Source: Macrostomum hystrix (taxonomy: Eukaryota; Animalia; Platyhelminthes). From it: a stretch of DNA of 64,000 bases. Shown here piece by piece: positions 60,606 through 64,000 of the stretch (the first letter of the stretch is position 1; each line of letters begins with the position of its first letter). The DNA lies in assembly GCA_950097015.1 (NCBI GenBank), contig CATNEN010000038.1, forward strand, positions 23,932,001-23,996,000, read 5' to 3'. Both the position numbers and the translations under genes were made by a program. The notes under the pieces were generated by a model. That model saw only the letters and a list, made by a program, of their open reading frames with translations. It was not told the DNA's origin and made no database searches.

Positions 60606-61536
60606 AATTTTGCTACTTTGCTTTTTCTTTTATAATCCCTGACTTCCGAGGACTCAACCGAACTCCTAACGGAGTAAGTCGGCTTTGAGACCATATATCA
60701 TGTGACTAATCAATAATTAACAAATTAGCTTCATTAAAACTGTTAAACATGAAGGAAAATGAAACGGAATGCCTGCGTCAGTCTGTCTGTCTGTCAGTCA
60801 GCAGTGCTTTAAGTTGGCCCAGGCGTCAATGCTGTTCTGAATGTGAAAAAAACACATTCTGTTGGTAACGGAGGAGAGTGAAGGAGGAGGTTGGGGTGGT
60901 CCGTGCGTACTTGACAACTGGAGAAGAGAGGAGAGAGGGGATAGGGTCTGCCAAAGTTGGCTAAGTGTCGATCAGTGTAGGAAAATTTTCCTACACTGGG
61001 GTAGGTTGGGTGGGTGCAGAGGGTTTGGGAGAAAGTGTGTTGAGGGACAGGAAAGGCTGCGAACCGCGATTGGCTTAGGATCATAGAATACTCAGGGAAA
61101 AGAGGAACGACCCGGACTGCTCATTGCTTCTGGATTCTCTGCATGTAAAAAGGAAAAAAATATTATAGAAGCGGAAATAAGGCCAGTAGAGGACAAGAAA
61201 TAAGGTTAGATATTCTGGCCTTCGCCAGGGACGAAATTGGAGGGTTAGGGGAAGTGGCGGCGGAGTGGGGTCGGGTGAGGGAAAAACTTCCCTATAGGGA
61301 ATTGAGCCTCCCTGTACTCTGAGATTCTCCATTTCCACTCCCTAAAGCCGACTGGCTGCCAATCTCTTACTGTCTCCAGGGACGCGACTTTTGGCTTTTA
61401 GTATAACTCGAACTAACATCCTTGAAAATGTTGAAACAGGGACCCGGGTTTGATTTACGATTCTGCCGAGGTTTGACGTACAAGTGGAAATGTTAAAAAT
61501 AGGCTGAACAACGACATACGGTCATGCCAATGGAGA

Positions 61537-63147
61537 CGCTCAGTCACTCTCAATTTCACTCTAAACGATTTGACTTCACACTAGTTCAGTCACTCTCAAT
61601 GTCACTCTAATCGATTTGATTTTACAATCACTCAGTCACTCACAATGTCACTCTAATCGATTTGATTTCACACTTGTTCAGTCACTCTCAATGTCACTCT
61701 AATCGATTTGATTTTACTATCACTCAGTCACTCACAATGTCACTCTAATCGATTTGATTTTACTATCACTCAGTCACTCACAATGTCACTCTAATCGATT
61801 TGATTTTACAATCACTCAGTCACTCACAATGTCACTCTAATCGATTTGATTTTTACAATCGCTCAGTCACTCACAATGTCACTCTAATCGATTTGATTTT
61901 ACAATCGCTCAGTCACTCACAATGTCACTCTAATCGATTTGATTTTACAATCGCTCAGTCACTCACAATGTCACTCTAATCGATTTGATTTTACAATCGC
62001 TCAGTCACTCTCAATCTCACTCTAATCGATTTGATTTTTACAATCGCTCAGTCACTCACAATGTCACTCTAATAGATTTGATTTTTACAATCGCTCAGTC
62101 ACTCACAATGTCACTCTAATCGATTTGATTTTACAATCGCTCAGTCACTCACAATGTCACTCTAATCGATTTGATTTTACAATCACTCAGTCACTCACAA
62201 TGTCACTCTAATCGATTTGATTTTACAATCACTCAGTCACTCTCAATCTCACTCTAATCGATTTGATTTTACAATCACTCAGTCACTCTCAATCTCACTC
62301 TAATCGATTTGATTTTACAATCACTCAGTCACTCTCAATCTCACTCAAATCGATTTGATTTTACAATCGCTCAGTCAATTCTCAATGTCACTCTAATCGA
62401 TTTGATTTTACAATCACTCAGTCACTCTCAATCTCACTCAAATCGATTTGATTTTACAATCGCTCAGTCACTCTCAATCTCACTCTAATCGATTTGATTT
62501 TACAATCACTCAGTCACTCTCAATCTCACTCAAATCGATTTGATTTTACAATCGCTCAGTCACTCTCAATCTCACTCTAATCGATTTGATTTTACAATCA
62601 CTCAGTCACTCTCAATCTCACTCTAATCGATTTGATTTTTACAATCGCTCAGTCACTCACAATGTCACTCTAATCGATTTGATTTTACAATCGCTCAGTC
62701 ACTCACAATGTCACTCTAATCGATTTGATTTTTACAATCGCTCAGTCACTCACAATGTCACTCTAATCGATTTTATTTTACAATCGCTCAGTCACTCACA
62801 ATGTCACTCTAATCGATTTGATTTTACAATTGCTCAGTCACTCACAATGTCACTCTAATCGATTTGATTTTACAATCGCTCAGTCACTCACAATGTCACT
62901 CGAATCGATTTGATTTTTACAATCGCTCAGTCACTCACAATGTCACTCTAATCGATTTGATTTTACAATCGCTCAGTCACTCACAATGTCACTCTAATCG
63001 ATTTGATTTTACAATCGCTGTCACCCTCAATGTCACTCTAATCGATTTGATTTTACAATCGCTCAGTCACTCTCAATGTCACTCTAATCGATTTGATTTT
63101 ACAATCGCTCAGTCACTCTCAATCTCACTCTAATCGATTTGATTTCA
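61537..63147. repeat. 46/47-bp minisatellite
   Basis: CACTCACAATGTCACTCTAATCGATTTGATTTTACAATCGCTCAGT, ~35 copies. Confidence 0.95.
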
Positions 63148-64000
63148 CTGAAATGGGTTTTACATTGGTAACTAATTAGTCTGGTAACTCTAGTACTCTA
63201 ATCATTTGAGTCTCAAATTTGAGAAAGCTTCGCCCAGCAATGTGACAGACAGGTCATTAGCCAGTTCTCGGACCCAACGAAGAGAACTTGCAATCGCTGG
63301 CTTATAAAACAACATTTCGCGCATTGAAAATAATGTCTTAACTCGTACTAAACCTAGAATCTAGATGAACGCCGCACAATATCGACAGCCTTTGGTCACA
63401 GCCTCCAAGAAAAATCGATAATCTAAATCTCCCCTATATATGTATAGAGTATATAATAAAACTGGCCTTGTTCAGCTAATCACAAGCTACAGTACCGGGT
63501 TTCGAGAAAAATAATCAATGTCTATTTCCAACCCAGCTAGCCGTGTGGGCTACAGAAAAAAATAGATAATCGGTAAACTGGCTTTGTAGAAAGATGAGAG
63601 AAAAGTGGTCTGAGACAGTTTTTACTACTGAGAAGACACGGCTAGGGATTAGAGAATAGCTGGAGGGTGAAGAGGATGCGGACGTCTCTTGTTCACTCTC
63701 TCTCTTTCTCTCTCTCACAGTTTTATAGTCTATAGTTCATACTTTCACTTCTAAATCTTCTTGAATTACTCTTGTTTGAAGCCCGGAGACTTCGACCCAA
63801 GTGCACTGGCAAAGTAGGCGCTTCGGCAATTCTTTATGTTAGACAAATTTTGCAATATTTGCATCAATTACAGGCTCAAGAGATAGCAATAGTGGCATCT
63901 GGTGGAAGGGAATGGGATTTTGAGAAAAAAGTGGGATGTGGAGTAAAGGAGTGATACTTCGAAGAAAAATGGAATTTCTATGAAAATAATGGAATTTCGA

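Overview
Eukaryotic (invertebrate bilaterian) genomic DNA with spliceosomal introns. The minisatellite-packed introns and poly-Q/Ala-rich proteins suggest a free-living flatworm such as Macrostomum, but this is inference only. Three spliced genes were reconstructed by hand, all on the minus strand. (1) A complete neurofibromin (NF1) orthologue: 33 coding exons, 49887->2271, about 3160 aa, with RasGAP and Sec14-PH modules. (2) A divergent 6-exon AGC-group (STK32/YANK- or PKA-like) kinase gene, 9501->5919, nested on the same strand inside NF1 intron 28. (3) A non-alpha nicotinic acetylcholine receptor subunit, 60605->53769, with a GC-AG intron and a probable 3'-UTR intron. Introns hold a frameshifted mariner, at least three tRNA-derived SINE-like families (some nested), and more than 25 different tandem arrays. 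Highlights are the same-strand nested kinase, an in-frame polyQ cassette exon of NF1 missed by the ORF track (33087-33320), and a 3.9-kb 23-bp array with 1242-bp higher-order structure carrying a TTCNNNGAA motif in nearly every unit. Most ORFs in the supplied track are repeat or antisense artefacts.
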